Notes: generated by a model from the letters alone, not told the origin. A DNA stretch of 64,000 nucleotides from Mayamaea pseudoterrestris (GCA_027923505.1 BROI01000001.1:744001-808000); one strand, 5' to 3'; shown: positions 48,404 to 61,735, numbered from the stretch's first letter. Numbers and translations are program-made.

Positions 48404-50420
48404 ATGGAAGCCCTGCGTCAAGCGACAGCAAAAAGGTCAATGCGTCGATGGAAAGACTCGATCGACCTACCGGTACGTTGCCATGATGGAAGATGGAATG
48501 CTCCATGAGCGGGCGACGATGCATCACATTGATGACGATCTGCTTTTTCCGACAGCCACAGCCACAGCCCACAAATGGTGCACATGCTGATCCAGATGTC
48601 GCTACCATTCTGCAAGACAGACTTCAAGAGTTAGAAATTTTCGAGCTGACAAAGGATGGGCACATTGAATACCATAGCTTGACGGTGCGTGGACTCTACA
48701 AGTACGTACTGGATTCCATTGTCGCCCTACGGCATCAAGTTACGTCGAACCTTGCCAGTGTCAATGATGAAGATGATAATGATGATGTTGATGACGTTAA
48801 AGCAAAGGAGGAGGAGTCTAAGAATGTCTTTGGATCACCACTAGCATCGCCCATTGTTCTCGGCGCGTTGGTTCCACCGGTTCATCTTGGAACGACTACA
48901 CCCGCCAAACCTCCGGCAAGCACCGACAACAAGACCAGCAACAAGCCAGAGCAGCGAAACAAGAAGCGCAACAAGAACAAGCGAAACCGATCGCGGTCGC
49001 GGAATGTCACGTACCACGAACGGCTCGGTGGCTTTTTGCATCCGCGCGACATGCGTCGGCTCACCACGCCAGTGTCTTCCAGCAACGAGCCGGAAATCAT
49101 GGTGCGACGGCACGTGATGCTGTTCAACTTTAATCCAGTGCGGGCAATGTAAGTGAAAGATATCAAGATGTACACTTAATACACTTGCATTTCAAGAGTT
49201 GACTGACTACTTGCTGCCTGATCCTGATCATTCACAGCGTTACTCGTGATCGCATGCTTCTCGTCTTGCCGGAAAATAAGCTGGAAGCGGACTGGATCAT
49301 TGACCACTTGGTAAACCAAATTCAAGGCAAGCCGGCTGCTATTCCGGAAAAGGAAACGAACAAGGCTTCCGACGATGGCGAAAATTGTGATAAGATAAAG
49401 AGTGGCATTCACGGTCAGCCGGGGCATGCTTCCGCAAGGAATGTGTTTGGTAAGCTCAAGATACAGTCGACTCGATTCATGCGATCCGAAACGGAGCTGA
49501 CTGCGGACGAAAGCGAGGAAGGCGATAACGGCAGCTCCTACCGAAGCACTGACGGTGGCAAGAACATTAACGATGACGATACCGATGAAGAGGAGTGGGA
49601 CGAAATGAGACGGAATGACTGGATAAAGTTACCCTTTGAGTTGCAGTGCCTTGATTCAGTCCTCTTTTGCGTTAACGAGCTCCATGAGAAGGATACGAAG
49701 GAACTTGTGGACGATTCGTCAGAGTACTTTAACTTTATGGTGAAGCAGAATAAGAATCTCGGTGGAGATCACTTTCGAATCATTCGATGTATCAAGGATG
49801 GTCGCCAGGAAGTGGCATCTCGAGTTAAAGGCTTTTGCGCATCGTTGACTCGTATTTTGAATGAAGGTAAGTAAGTAGTGTGCATCTGGCACATCGCTCT
49901 CATTCCAACTCACGTACACTCACCTTTTCAAAATCTTCATACAGACGAAGATATGGCTTTGATGAATCTTTCAAGACTCTTGACACATCCACAAAATTTT
50001 GTCAGGCCAGTCTCGCAGGAGGTGCTGGAAAATGAATCGGAGGAGCCAGAACTGATTCTTGAGTCGCATTTGCAAGCTGGGTTTTCGCTAATGAACACAC
50101 TTGAATTGATTGATGGTCAGGTTGAGTCAGCATCGGATTATTATGAGCAACAGCTGGACTCAACTCGAAACAAGATTTTGCTTGCGAATATGCTCTTGAC
50201 AACGGGTTCGTTCTGCTTGACCGCTGCGGCAGTTGTGGGTTCATTCTACGGAATGAATGTAGGTGTGCCGGGAGAAGGGGAACAAGGCTTCTTCACGCCT
50301 ATCGTAGTTGCTACCATGGGTGGGTCGCTGCTCCTCGGATTGATTATACTCTTCGTCTTAGCTGCAACTGGCACGATTCAGAGGACTGCAGTTTATGCTA
50401 TCGACGATGACGACATGTAA
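48404..50420 (+). CDS. MRS2/CorA-family Mg2+ transporter, multi-exon
   Basis: LHPRDMRRL, LPFEL, DEDMALMNLS, ELILESH, LDSTRNKILL, FYGMN motif, 2 C-terminal TMs. First exon 48404-48472 is inferred from in-frame GT-AG splicing. Confidence 0.9.
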
Positions 50421-50528
50421 ATAAGTGCTAGTCGGGAGGGAGTGCCCTAGGTACAGATGTGATTGCGTCGAGTATCGAACTGAAGATAGCTATACAGTTA
50501 CTGATAAGTTCCCATTATATACTCATGA

Positions 50529-51806
50529 TCAAGCGATTGCCGTTATTCGACCATCCGTCCTTGCAGCCGTCTGATTGTCGTACCGAATGGCGTCGCCTGC
50601 CGCCAGTGTCGCTGCAAAGTAGGCTTCCATGCGACGAAGCAGGTCAGTGTGACTCTTCTTGACGCACGCAACGTTCGACCAAACATGTATGTCAAAGTAA
50701 TCGAGCCAGCAGTCAGTCAATCGCCAAAGATTCCCTGCCGTTCCCGCCCAGTAACAAACGAAATCCTTGGCGTGAAGGTCGCGAAGGACTCCACTGAGTG
50801 TCTGCTGCTTCCAAGCACCCTTCCAGTTGTATTCAAACTCCAAGTACAAGACATTTGCCAAGGAATCACCAGCACCCGCGAGCACGGCGCCGTCGTAACC
50901 TTCCACGTCAATGCTTAGGAAATCAATGGCACTCGAGTTTTTTGTGACAACGTGTTCCTTGACGTAGGTATCGAGTTTATACATTGGCACTTCCGTACAG
51001 TGAGCGGCTTTCTTGCCGTCACGAGCGTTACAGTCAGCCATTCCTTGACCTTCCGTTCCAACGTTTGCATTGGGAAAGAGTGCCGTTCCGTCGGCGTAAG
51101 ACATTGCGGCGTTGACGACATGCAAGCTTGATTTGTAGTCCATGGCATCGGTGGTGCGAAAGAGTTCCTTGGCGGTTCCTGGCATTGCTTCCACGCAATA
51201 CACGTCAACGTTTGCTTCCGGCATGTTTGATGGAATATCAAAGTTTGCGTCAAACGCTTGGTTGCAGTTTCCGCCATCACCAACTGGTTTGCCATTGAAA
51301 AAGGCATCGCGCCAAAGATCCTTGTCGTAGGATGCATTCATGCTGAGCATGCGCATCGTATTGACGGCATCCATCGCCTTGTTGCAACCGACGTAAATGG
51401 CTTGTCGGTGTCCAGTAGCCTTGGTTTCCGTGTAGTAATCGTGAAGCCATTTCGCCTCGGGGCATCGCGTTGCATATGAGAACGAACACAGTCCTCCCCT
51501 TTTGAACGGCTTGTCGCGAAACTGTAGGCATTCCTCCCGAGGAAGCTGTTTTTCGATAATTGCAAGCTGACTCGCACTGCATGTATATACAGAGTCAGTG
51601 TCAGTGTCAAACAATTCAGTTGTAGTCGCCACCTTGTCGTCCTCAACCAAAATTCTCTCGGAGTGTATCTCGGCAAAACTTGTATCGTTCCATTCGTTTT
51701 GGAGATTATCGATCATATTAAGGTAGCCCAAAAGGCTCCCAACTGATATTACGAGAATCACTAGCATCCATAGCATGTTCTTCATGTGTCGTCGTAAATA
51801 TGGCAT
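50529..51806 (-). CDS. Type II membrane FkbM-family methyltransferase
   Basis: N-terminal TM, IYVGCNK, YCVEAMP, VVNAAMS, FLSIDVEGYD, LEFEY. Confidence 0.8.
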   Translation of the reverse strand: MPYLRRHMKNMLWMLVILVISVGSLLGYLNMIDNLQNEWNDTSFAEIHSERILVEDDKVATTTELFDTDTDSVYTCSASQLAIIEKQLPREECLQFRDKPFKRGGLCSFSYATRCPEAKWLHDYYTETKATGHRQAIYVGCNKAMDAVNTMRMLSMNASYDKDLWRDAFFNGKPVGDGGNCNQAFDANFDIPSNMPEANVDVYCVEAMPGTAKELFRTTDAMDYKSSLHVVNAAMSYADGTALFPNANVGTEGQGMADCNARDGKKAAHCTEVPMYKLDTYVKEHVVTKNSSAIDFLSIDVEGYDGAVLAGAGDSLANVLYLEFEYNWKGAWKQQTLSGVLRDLHAKDFVCYWAGTAGNLWRLTDCWLDYFDIHVWSNVACVKKSHTDLLRRMEAYFAATLAAGDAIRYDNQTAARTDGRITAIA

Positions 51807-52157
51807 GTTATCAGACGATGACGAGAGTACTGTACCAAGTTCCGATGATGGTCTGGTCTTTGTGATGGTCTTTTTGGAACGAACTTCGAATGACCGCTTG
51901 CTCTTGGGATTACCGGAGCGACGGATTTGACTACTACGCCGACTGCCTACCGAACGGTATGAACCGCTGCAACTAGGCCGATAGACTTATTTTCTTTAGT
52001 TTTTGCGACACTTTAATGAAACCATTAACTTTGGTTATAATATGCATATCCAAAAACGAAGCACGATGACCAGACTATGGCATACTTGCCAAGGTCGGAA
52101 AAAGACCATCCATGGCAATTCATTTATTTTTCCTTTTTCAAAGTCTCATTTGCAAAC

Positions 52158-53405
52158 CTAATGCATGGCATAACTCTGAAACATGCGCTTGACAGGCTCA
52201 CTCAGCTCCGCTGCATCATCCGCATCAGCCGGCGTGATCATAATACGTGGAACAGCGTATGGCGCCATGGGTAGCGTATTTAATCGGCGGTTGCAGTAGC
52301 TAGGATTCTTGCGGATCAAGTGATACAAGCATCCCAAGTGGTCGCTCACCAAATTCAAAGCTTCGACAAAGAGTGGACGCGACTCGTCCGATCCAGCGCG
52401 ATTCAAACGCAACTGGAAGGTGAGCGCCTGCATGTATTCCGTGTTGGAATGTCCCTCGGGGACGTTGAATTCGTCCTGGTAGCGACTCAAGACGCCTTCT
52501 AGCTCCAAATTCAACAAGGTTTTATTGTCATGCATGGCATCCGCCAATGCATTCACTCCGCCTTCTGTAATGGCGACTCCGCTCAAATCCAAACTCGTCA
52601 GTGTCGTGTTGGTTCGAATGGCCGATGCAAATGAATACAAGGCATCGTCTGACAACTGGTTATGCTTCAAATCCAGCAGCGACAACGTCTTGTTGCTACC
52701 TGGTGCAAGCTTCAACTGCTCCGCCATGACGTCGCAGTGATCGTCAATGAGCGCGCAACCTTCCAAATACATGCTTGTAATGGAAGTGCTACTCATGAGC
52801 AACGTCAACGCTTCCGGACTAAAGATTGGCTCCTTTTGTCCCAACTGACAGCGAATCGACAAGCACTTTAGCTTTGGCATGCACGCCCATCCCATGGCGA
52901 AAATGTCCATGCCCGCGTACGGCTGACTGCGCGGCAGTGTGAGCGTGACGCGCTCCAAGTTGGGATGCATGCGCATGGCTGCCGCCAGTTCCGGCTCCAA
53001 CGAAAGGTCGGCGAACCCCCAAAGCATGACCACTGTCAGTTTGTGAGCTTGCTGAATGAGTTTGGCGAGACGCGTGCCGGTGATTTGCTCGCACTCGCCG
53101 CGAAAGACGAATAGTTCCTGAAGGTTTGGCAACTGACCAATGGAGGTGAGGAGCGCGTCAATCTGCTCGTTCGTTAGAGTGTCCTCCAAGTCGTCTCCAC
53201 TCAAGTGAACATGAGAAATGACTTTATTCTTGGGTAGTAGTGTTGGAAAATCGTTGAGCTCCCATGTAGTAAATTCGGAAAGGATGGTGTTGGTGACTTC
53301 AATGCGAGTGAGTGTCGGGTCATTTTCGTGGAGGCGGTCGTTCAAATGCTTGGGGACTGGAGCCGCGGCGGCGTTTGGAGATTCGGGAAAAGCAGGAGCG
53401 GCCAT
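52158..53405 (-). CDS. RNI-like leucine-rich repeat protein
   Basis: LSLLDLKHNQL, LTSLDLSGVAI, NDPTLTRIEV, C-terminal LRLNRAG...LYHLIRKNP. Confidence 0.8.
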   Translation of the reverse strand: MAAPAFPESPNAAAAPVPKHLNDRLHENDPTLTRIEVTNTILSEFTTWELNDFPTLLPKNKVISHVHLSGDDLEDTLTNEQIDALLTSIGQLPNLQELFVFRGECEQITGTRLAKLIQQAHKLTVVMLWGFADLSLEPELAAAMRMHPNLERVTLTLPRSQPYAGMDIFAMGWACMPKLKCLSIRCQLGQKEPIFSPEALTLLMSSTSITSMYLEGCALIDDHCDVMAEQLKLAPGSNKTLSLLDLKHNQLSDDALYSFASAIRTNTTLTSLDLSGVAITEGGVNALADAMHDNKTLLNLELEGVLSRYQDEFNVPEGHSNTEYMQALTFQLRLNRAGSDESRPLFVEALNLVSDHLGCLYHLIRKNPSYCNRRLNTLPMAPYAVPRIMITPADADDAAELSEPVKRMFQSYAMH

Positions 53406-53849
53406 GGTGTTGAGTTAATGTTGATGGAGGATATAGTCTTGCAAATCTGGATCAAAAATGTCCTGGTTTTGTCGTCGCCAAGCCCTCTCCTCGTTGATGT
53501 GCTTCTGGTTGGCCGTCTTCTTTGCAATCCTGTTGGTCCCGGATCGTGACCCTCCGAGCGGTCATACGAGTCATTTTCAATCGTTCATGACCCATGACGT
53601 CAAACTTCAATGAGACCAACTTCGAATACCACTCCGACTAAGCTTGGGACACGTGGACAGACGTGGAGCGTGACAGCTTGCGGTGACGCACACACGTTGC
53701 GGTTCCTTGAATCGGCAGGCCAGATTTTTCAACATCAGCGACGGGGGCCGACTTGTTCTTCCTCCTTCCATCGTTGCGGCATAAACCAGCGTCGACGCAG
53801 CTCTCACGCAAGCTTACAAATAATAGTCGCAGCACTATCAGCTAGCAGC

Positions 53850-55489
53850 ATGTGTCGGTGGATCACTGTCCTGTCGTCGGAGCAAATCTCCCTCTCGGTA
53901 CGTTGCGCAAACCAATCGCCAATCACCTGGCGAAGAAAAAAAGAGCGAGATGGAACGAAAAATTATCGGCGGTTGAAATTACGCTCACTCACCTTGTCAA
54001 CTCTCTCAGGATGTTGTCTTGGCACCGACCAATTCACTAGTGCAGCTTGCCAAGGATGCTTCCTTCCATCCTGGTTATTCGGATATGAATAATCACACAA
54101 CAAATGGTGATGGATTTGGAGTTGGTGAGTCTATAGATGCTCGCTGATGTTATTGGCGTTGTGACGACGGATGCACATGATGTAATGTCGAGCCTCTGCT
54201 TCTGAATTCACATTTCTCATTTCATTGTCTCCATATGCTATTACAGGCTGGTACCATTCCAACGCTGCCATTGTTCCTCGCTCTGTCGTTTTGACGAATG
54301 AACCAGTCGAAGGCCATCCAAACATGTACGCTGCCGTCTTCAAGGATACGGCACCCGCTTGGAACAATTGTAACTTGCGCGAAATTTGCTGCGCCACTCG
54401 CAGTCACGCAATCATGGCGCATGTACGAGCAGCGTCTCGCTTTGCCAGCGTGTCGCAGGAAAATACACATCCATTCAAAGTTGGTCGACTCTTGTTTTGT
54501 CACAATGGACGAATCGACAAGTTCCCAAAGATTCGCCGGGCGTTACTGAGTCGATTGACCGAGGAGGCCTTTATCTTGGTGCGCGGCACCACCGACAGCG
54601 AGTGCTTGTTCGCCTTGATTGTCACATTTTTGCAGGAGGATGGCAAGGCGGCGGAGTTGCCAACGGAGCAAGACACGCCGTTTGGACACTCGCGGTTGGT
54701 GAATGCGATCAAAAAGACGCTCAAGCTGATTGAAAAACTATTGACCGAGGCAGATATCACCGATACGTTTTCGACAATGAACTTTGCATTGACGGATGGA
54801 GAGTCGCTCGTTGTCACGCGCTTTTGCGACAAGTCGCCGCATGTCATGCCGCCGTCCCTGTACTATGCCTATGGCAATGTCAAGGAACTCACCGAGGAAA
54901 TTACCAGCAAGGATCCCGAGCGCTACGTTCGTCAGGGAAGTGCCATGGGTGGAGAAACGACGGCGAGTGAAAGTGACTCGGAACTGGATGATGCTGCAGC
55001 TGCCAGTGGCAACAATCCCGCGGCGGATGGCATTGACGGAGGCCATGTTGGAAGTCCGTCGGTTGGAATGCGCTACAATAATCCGGCTTATTCATCGTCA
55101 GCGTCGTTGGAAGGACTCACGTTGGATGGTGACACTACTTGTAAGTATGGGGCGGGCGTGTAGTGATGTCGAACGAAGTACAAGAACGACCTTTTAATTG
55201 ACATTTGTTTCTCTCGCAACTACATTTTACAGACGACGAAATGCCCATTGACTTGCTCATGCGCGAATCACTGCCCGGCCTGCAGTATGGAGAAGTGGAC
55301 TCGTCCAAGGCAACCTTTGTCGTGTCGAGCAATCCCTTGACGAATACGCACACGTGGAACCCCATGCCGCGCAACAGCATCATGTGGTGCACTCGAGGGC
55401 ATGCGCCGGAATTGCGCTTGTTAAGGAGCAAGGCGACGTACAAAAAGTTCAAGAAGAAGCTTTTGAGCGAAAACACACTCATTTTGTAG
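53850..55489 (+). CDS. Class II glutamine amidotransferase (DUG3/EgtC-like Ntn hydrolase), 4 exons
   Basis: MCRW with Cys2 nucleophile, NGDGFGV|GWY, PAWN, AHVRAAS, NTHPF, HNG, GTTDSE, VSSNPLT. Confidence 0.88.
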
Positions 55490-55923
55490 TGTAGAACGAT
55501 TGGACGATGCAGCGTTTACTCGACAAATCACATGCTCTTTGAACATCTTGAATGAGTCTTGATCACGGAATTGGCCGATATTCTAGTGATATGGTGGCGT
55601 CTGCATAGTTTGCGTAAGGCAACAACTCAATGGAAACGCAAAATAGATGCGACGATGGGGAAGAAATTGGCATTGGGCATGGAATTGAAAATCTACAGCT
55701 ATGTTCATCGAGCAACTAAGTTATAAAACATTCTCATAATCTACATGCTAGTAAGTCTAATAGGATAGTGTTGCGCGGTGAGTACGCCTGCCGACGCACG
55801 ACGACGATACCTGCGTTGCAAGTATTAACAGAAGACCGCATTTCATGTATGATTGTTTATGTTCATTTAAAAAATGCTTGATACATTTTCGGTACTCTCC
55901 GTCCAGTGATATTCCAGTGTTCG

Positions 55924-56940
55924 TTACCATCCTGTCGTGGCCTCGGACGACTCGTCGCCGAACTCGACCATGATCTGCTTATAGGCGCTGGAAATGGACT
56001 TGAGCGAGTCACCAAGCGACGTATGCTTGCTGTTGCTGTTGTCCATTGAAGTGTTGATTGTTGGATGGCGCTTGGTGGTTGTTGAAGAAGGCGTGACGCT
56101 AGTTGCCGCTGATGGAAGGTGCTTGTTGGTGGATTGCGTCGTATTCAGCGGCATAGTTTTGACTGGTTTCACCTTGCGACGACTCGACGAAAGGGTTGGT
56201 AAAGTCTCGTACGGATTGCGAAGAGGACTTTTGGGCTTGGACTTGGCCGACGGCACTTCCTTGATAGTCGACTCCTCGTCCCGTGTACTTGTACCATAAT
56301 TCATTTCGGCAAGGAATAGCTGCACCTTTTGGATCGACTCCTTCTTTGATTTGGAGATATAACCCTTCTCCAGCAAATTCTTGTACGACTTGCTTGTTTG
56401 TGGAGCCGATCGAGCCCGACGCAACGATGGTGGAGCAATGGTAGCAGCAGCATCCGTTGAAATGTCAAAGTCCATTGACTTTGGTCCAGACGGCAAGTTC
56501 TCCTCAATGCGAACCAATTTTGGTGCAAAGGACGCAGCCACACTCTTTTGCCGACGAGTCTTTCGTCCCACGGGATTTCGTTCCGCTTGCTTCAAATTGC
56601 GGCACGACTTTGGAGCATCCGTGCGCATCTCCCGTGACGAAAACATTTTGCGAATCGACATTTGCTTGCCACTGGATGGGAGCGAAAGTGGTGGTCGCGT
56701 CGTGCGAGGAGGGCGATTTCCATTGGCGGCAATATTTCGATTGGTTGAAGCATGCTCGGATCGATTGTTGAGAGTGAATGTTGCATTCACGTCGAACTCC
56801 TCTCCATTACTGCCGAACGAAAGAAACTTGCAGCTCTTGGCCTTGTTGCTCCCATTCAATCCAAGCATCCGAGGCTGCTTTACAGGTGAGCCTTCTGATT
56901 GCAGCTGCTGGTAGCATCGAGTTGGTAGCTTGACTCTCAT
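55924..56940 (-). CDS. Hypothetical S/T/K-rich disordered protein
   Basis: 338-aa ATG-initiated ORF; no domain recognised. Confidence 0.55.
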   Translation of the reverse strand: MRVKLPTRCYQQLQSEGSPVKQPRMLGLNGSNKAKSCKFLSFGSNGEEFDVNATFTLNNRSEHASTNRNIAANGNRPPRTTRPPLSLPSSGKQMSIRKMFSSREMRTDAPKSCRNLKQAERNPVGRKTRRQKSVAASFAPKLVRIEENLPSGPKSMDFDISTDAAATIAPPSLRRARSAPQTSKSYKNLLEKGYISKSKKESIQKVQLFLAEMNYGTSTRDEESTIKEVPSAKSKPKSPLRNPYETLPTLSSSRRKVKPVKTMPLNTTQSTNKHLPSAATSVTPSSTTTKRHPTINTSMDNSNSKHTSLGDSLKSISSAYKQIMVEFGDESSEATTGW

Positions 56941-57267
56941 GGTTGCTGGTTGTTAATTGTTGCTTTGTGTTGTCTTGGTCGAAAGAGAAGGTGGATTGTG
57001 AGGAAGTGTGAATGACGACCTCACTTTTTTGTCCCTGCGACCGTGGAACATGGTCTGCGAGAAATAAGCGTCATCTTTACATATGCCTACCTGGCATAGT
57101 TCGCTTACACGATTAACATCCCGCGACCTTCGATGTCCGTCACGTTACTGAGCATATCGTATCGGTACTATTATCTTGTCGCGCGCGCTGACTCGCCGCG
57201 CGATCATCCATCTCGACCATGAGACGATCTTCTTCCATTTAATTTGAATTGTCATTAACTAGACATC

Positions 57268-59558
57268 ATGCCATCTCCAAGAAGAAGATCCGTTTTGCTT
57301 TTAACCTTGTCGCTTGTGACTCGGGCTGTCGCATTCACATCAGCACAAGTTCGCCCATTTTCATCCTCCTTTTTCGCTCGAGGGCGAGGCAAAGGCCGAT
57401 CATCTTTTTCGTATACAACGACGCCGCTATATGCATCTGATTCTGATAATCTCGTCAACAATACAGCAGCACTTGATGTGACAGATAATCGCAATCTACG
57501 CAAACAGTTTCGGCTATTCCAGGACATGGCCTTTCCCTACTTTCAAGAAAGTAGCGAAGGTCGCATGCTGCTAGTTGGCGTCCTTGGATTAACCCTTCTC
57601 AATTCTGGTGTTTCCGTCGCATTCAGTTACTTGTCCAAAGACTTTTGGAACGCCCTTTCGGCCAAGGACGCAGAAGAGTTTTGGTTCGTCCTGCAAAAGT
57701 TTCTGGGCGCCCTTTTACTGGCAGCACCAACCATGGCACTCTTTCGATACCAGCGCGATCAACTGGCAGTGCATTGGCGCGAGTGGATGACGGCGCGAAC
57801 CTTTGATCTCTATGTTCAAAATCGAGTCTACTACAAGCTGAACAATTGCTATAATGGTGACGTTGAGATTGATAATCCAGACCAGCGGCTGACGCAGGAT
57901 GTCAACTCCTTCACCAAGTACTCGCTGCAATTGTGTATTACACTCTTGACAAGTATGATTGATCTGGTTAGCTTTAGTGGAATACTGTGGAGCATTTATC
58001 CCAATCTCTTTGTTGCAATTATTGCATATGCGGCCTTTGGCACTGGAGTGAGTGTTTGGCTGGGACGACTCTTGGTGGGCTTGAACTACAATCAACTGAG
58101 CAAGGAGGCCGACTTGCGATACTCGCTGGTGCGGCTCCGAGACAATGCCGAGTCCATTGCGTTTTATGCGGGAGAAGACATTGAGGGGCAAGCGGTGGAG
58201 GAGCGCGTGGAGCGAGTCATGAACAACAAGCGATCCATCAATGCGCAGGAAAGGAACCTTGAGTTATTCACCACGGCCTATCGGTACTTGGTGCAAGTCT
58301 TGCCAATTGCAGTGGTCGCTCCCCGCTACTTTGCCGGTAACATCCAATTGGGTGTCATTAGTCAAAGTGCCGGCGCATTCAATCACATTTTGAACGATTT
58401 GTCGCTCATTGTCAATCAATTCGAAAGTCTCAGCAGCTTTTCGGCTGGAATAGATCGACTGGCAAGCTTTTACCAGGCCATGCGCGAGGTTGACACTACT
58501 AGATCAAAGGACGCTCCTTTGCTCAGTCTCAATGCTACTGCGGTTGTAGAAAAAGAAGTTGAGGACATGGACATTGAGATGCAACCAATCAACAGCCACA
58601 CCAATACAATCATGGTGTCTAGCATCCAACTTAAACACTTGCCCAGCGCCGTAGCCAATGCGAAATTCGATCCAAAGCGAGCGATTCTGGAAATTAATGC
58701 ATTGGACCTTTCGACGCCGGACCGAAAGCGAACTCTCATCAACAGCCTCAATGTACAACTCCACGAAGGGGAACACTTGCTCATTGTGGGGAACAGCGGA
58801 GCTGGCAAGAGCAGCTTGCTTCGAGCGATTGCTGGCCTCTGGACGAGTGGAAACGGCAGTATAACGCGACCAGTCGATGATGAAGTCTACTTTCTGCCAC
58901 AAAGACCATACTGCACCATTGGGAGTCTCAAAGACCAACTATTATATCCGTCCCTTGACTCGCTTCGCGATGACACAAACGCAACCATGACGGCCAATGG
59001 CAATAGAATTGTACCTCGCGCTCACTGGTTGAAGCAAAAGCTGACGGATCAAGAGTTTTTGGATATTTTGAGACAGGTTGACTTGATTGATGTGGCTACG
59101 CGCGCAGGTGATGGCGATCCTCTGCGAGGCCTTTCCACGACGCTTGACTGGAGCAACATGCTGTCATTGGGAGAGCAGCAGCGACTGGCCTTTGGTCGAT
59201 TACTAGTGAATCGACCTCGTCTGGTTATTATAGACGAGGGAACAAGCGCCTTGGATGTAAGTATTCCTTGTTGGTGTTTGTTGCTCATTCGTGTTATGTT
59301 TCTCATACTCTTCTTCTTCTAATTCTACAGTTGATCGCGGAAGCGCGCATGTATGGCCTGCTGCAAGAAATGGCAAGCAAAACGTTGAATGGAAGTCTGA
59401 CGGCGCCAGGGTTGACTTACATTAGCGTCGGTCATCGACCGAGTCTACTGAATTTTCACTACAAGCGACTAAGACTCATGGGTGGAACTGACTATGAAAT
59501 GACCAACATTGAAAGAACTAGTCAGTCGCAGGGCTTGACTGACGTAGTGAACATGTAA
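57268..59558 (+). CDS. ABCD-subfamily half transporter, probably plastid-targeted
   Basis: Signal peptide ending AVA|F, IDNPDQR, EAA-like loop (RDNAESIAFY), GNSGAGKS, LSLGEQQR, IIDE. One intron ~59257-59330, then SVGHR. Confidence 0.92.
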
Positions 59559-59862
59559 AACAGACAATTTATCTATAACATCGAAATGAACACGTCTGTG
59601 TCTTGGTTGTGCAGCTTGTTTGCTGCGGAGGAACTTTACTGTTAGCTCCATGCATAATCCATTGTCGCACCGTCAATAATGGTCGCGCTGCGACATCGTC
59701 CCAGCCGCATGATTCACCGCGCCGTCGCGCCATGGCGGAAAAAGGCTTCCTTGGCCTGTTGCATTCCCCTCATACAAACGAGTTTCATTTCATTCGCAAA
59801 TACTGACAAAGCTCAAGCAAACTTATACGATACATAAATACATTTTATAGACACATACTGCA

Positions 59863-61668
59863 ATGGTGTCAATCACTCGGAAACGCATCAAGCGACAGCG
59901 CCACAGTCGACAAGTTTCCGAGCGACTGGCCGCCTACGTGTTGGCGGCCATTGGATCCGTATTCTTCACCTACGTTGCCGTCATGACCATGGTTTCGGGT
60001 AGTAGCAGCAGCAAAACCGAATCTACAAATATAAGACTACGAAGCAGCAAGGACCATCCGGATCTGCATGTGAGCGACGAGCAAAACGCGGAATCCTTCA
60101 ACGCCATTGCCTTGGATATTTTGCAAACGCTCGACTGCTTGAAACTACTGAATCAAACAACCACTTCAGTTGGAGCAAGCAACTCCATACTCTATGATGA
60201 AGAAAATGCAAATGCTGCTGCACAGCAACGACGACTGGAGGCTGTGGACGACTTGCTGCAGCCAGTGGTGAAGGAGGATCATGTTCGAGAGATCAATCCT
60301 TTACGAGACAATAACGACAAGAACAACAATAACAATCAGCAAAACAAGGAGCATCAACAATACAATCAAGGCAATATCGAATCACCCGACATGGCCATGG
60401 ACGACATGGCGGCGCGCGACTGGCACAGCGGCGACGCCTACAACTACGACGTGACGCCAACGGCGGCGCACTTGTTTTGCATGGCAGCCTTAGCGGGAAG
60501 TCACGAGGATGAAACGGATCCCTTCGCCATTCCAACCTACTGGACGAGTGCAATCCATTGTCCCGTGGTGGAAAAAACTGGCAGCAAGACGAATAACAGT
60601 CAACTCCAACTGTCGTTATTGAAGCTATGGAGCCAGGCGCGCGGAGACATGACACCAGGCGTGCTACTGAAAACGTTGCAACTGGCGAACGAACATGTGC
60701 GCGCACTGCAGGACAAGTATTTGAATATTTGGGCACCGTCTGGTGACGAAGGGCTCGAGTACATGACGAGTGTGTTGAATGATCCGACAAAGTCGGCGGA
60801 TGATGGAGGCATTCGCGGACTGGGACACAACCTTGGGCCGGGTAAACTTTTCGTTGATGTTGGAAGCTGCTTGGGATTGACCAGCATGGCGGTTCAAATC
60901 ATGTATCCGGGGACGAAAATTGTTAGCATTGAAGCAGCTAGTCCGAATTGGTTGCTTCAGCAAATCAACTGGAAATGCAACGCGGCCGAGCTCGTGGGTG
61001 CTTCTTCGACGAATGCGAATGAAAGTGAGACAGCGGCAAGTACGGCGAAAGATGAGCCCACTATTATATTGGCTGGAGTCGGTCCCGAGACGGGTGGCAT
61101 GGCCAAGCTCATGTGGCGACCACAGGCAACCACCTCGACGCGATCCTGGACACCTGCCAGCGAGCGCAAGGATTCGGACGTGGAGCTATTAGTGAAACTG
61201 CTACCATGGCATTCCATTTTGACGGAAGCAGAGATTCAGCACGCCACAATCGACGTTATGAATGTTGACTGTCAAGGGTGCGAGTACAATTTAATTCCAG
61301 CAATGAAGCCAGACGAGTATAACTCAATTGCAACGGTGCTTGGAGGCGTACATTGGGGTTACATGCCGGAGAATAAGCTCCCTAGCAGCAAGCGTGCCGC
61401 AACGACGCATGAGCGACTGTGTAAGCACGAGAACTTTGCACGAACTGTCAAGGAATGTTGCGCCTTTCCCGACCTGGCAGTGGTCTCTAGTGTTCCAGGT
61501 GAAGTGCTTGTCCAGGATTCAAAAGCGTGGCCTCCCAAGGCGTCAACCGTCAAGGATGTGGCAGGAAGCTTGTGCGACGACTTTGACAAGTGGGCAGAGG
61601 AGAATCACCTCTATACAATCAAGTCTGATTTCAATTGGTTTCGCGTGTCGTCCATGGCAGACTTATAA
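59863..61668 (+). CDS. Type II membrane FkbM-family methyltransferase
   Basis: Reads ATG GTG TCA ATC... on the + strand, so the '-' label in the ORF track is wrong. N-terminal TM, FVDVGSCLG, IEAASPN, IDVMNVDCQGCEY. Confidence 0.8.
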   Translation: MVSITRKRIKRQRHSRQVSERLAAYVLAAIGSVFFTYVAVMTMVSGSSSSKTESTNIRLRSSKDHPDLHVSDEQNAESFNAIALDILQTLDCLKLLNQTTTSVGASNSILYDEENANAAAQQRRLEAVDDLLQPVVKEDHVREINPLRDNNDKNNNNNQQNKEHQQYNQGNIESPDMAMDDMAARDWHSGDAYNYDVTPTAAHLFCMAALAGSHEDETDPFAIPTYWTSAIHCPVVEKTGSKTNNSQLQLSLLKLWSQARGDMTPGVLLKTLQLANEHVRALQDKYLNIWAPSGDEGLEYMTSVLNDPTKSADDGGIRGLGHNLGPGKLFVDVGSCLGLTSMAVQIMYPGTKIVSIEAASPNWLLQQINWKCNAAELVGASSTNANESETAASTAKDEPTIILAGVGPETGGMAKLMWRPQATTSTRSWTPASERKDSDVELLVKLLPWHSILTEAEIQHATIDVMNVDCQGCEYNLIPAMKPDEYNSIATVLGGVHWGYMPENKLPSSKRAATTHERLCKHENFARTVKECCAFPDLAVVSSVPGEVLVQDSKAWPPKASTVKDVAGSLCDDFDKWAEENHLYTIKSDFNWFRVSSMADL

Positions 61669-61735
61669 TAATAGCACTATTTTGTGTCGTGTTGTATCAC
61701 TAATTTACTTTATATCTAACTCATATGCTAAAAAT

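Noticed and set aside
59863..61668. Minus-strand label in the ORF track
   Set aside because: The protein is encoded on the + strand (ATG at 59863, TAA ending at 61668).
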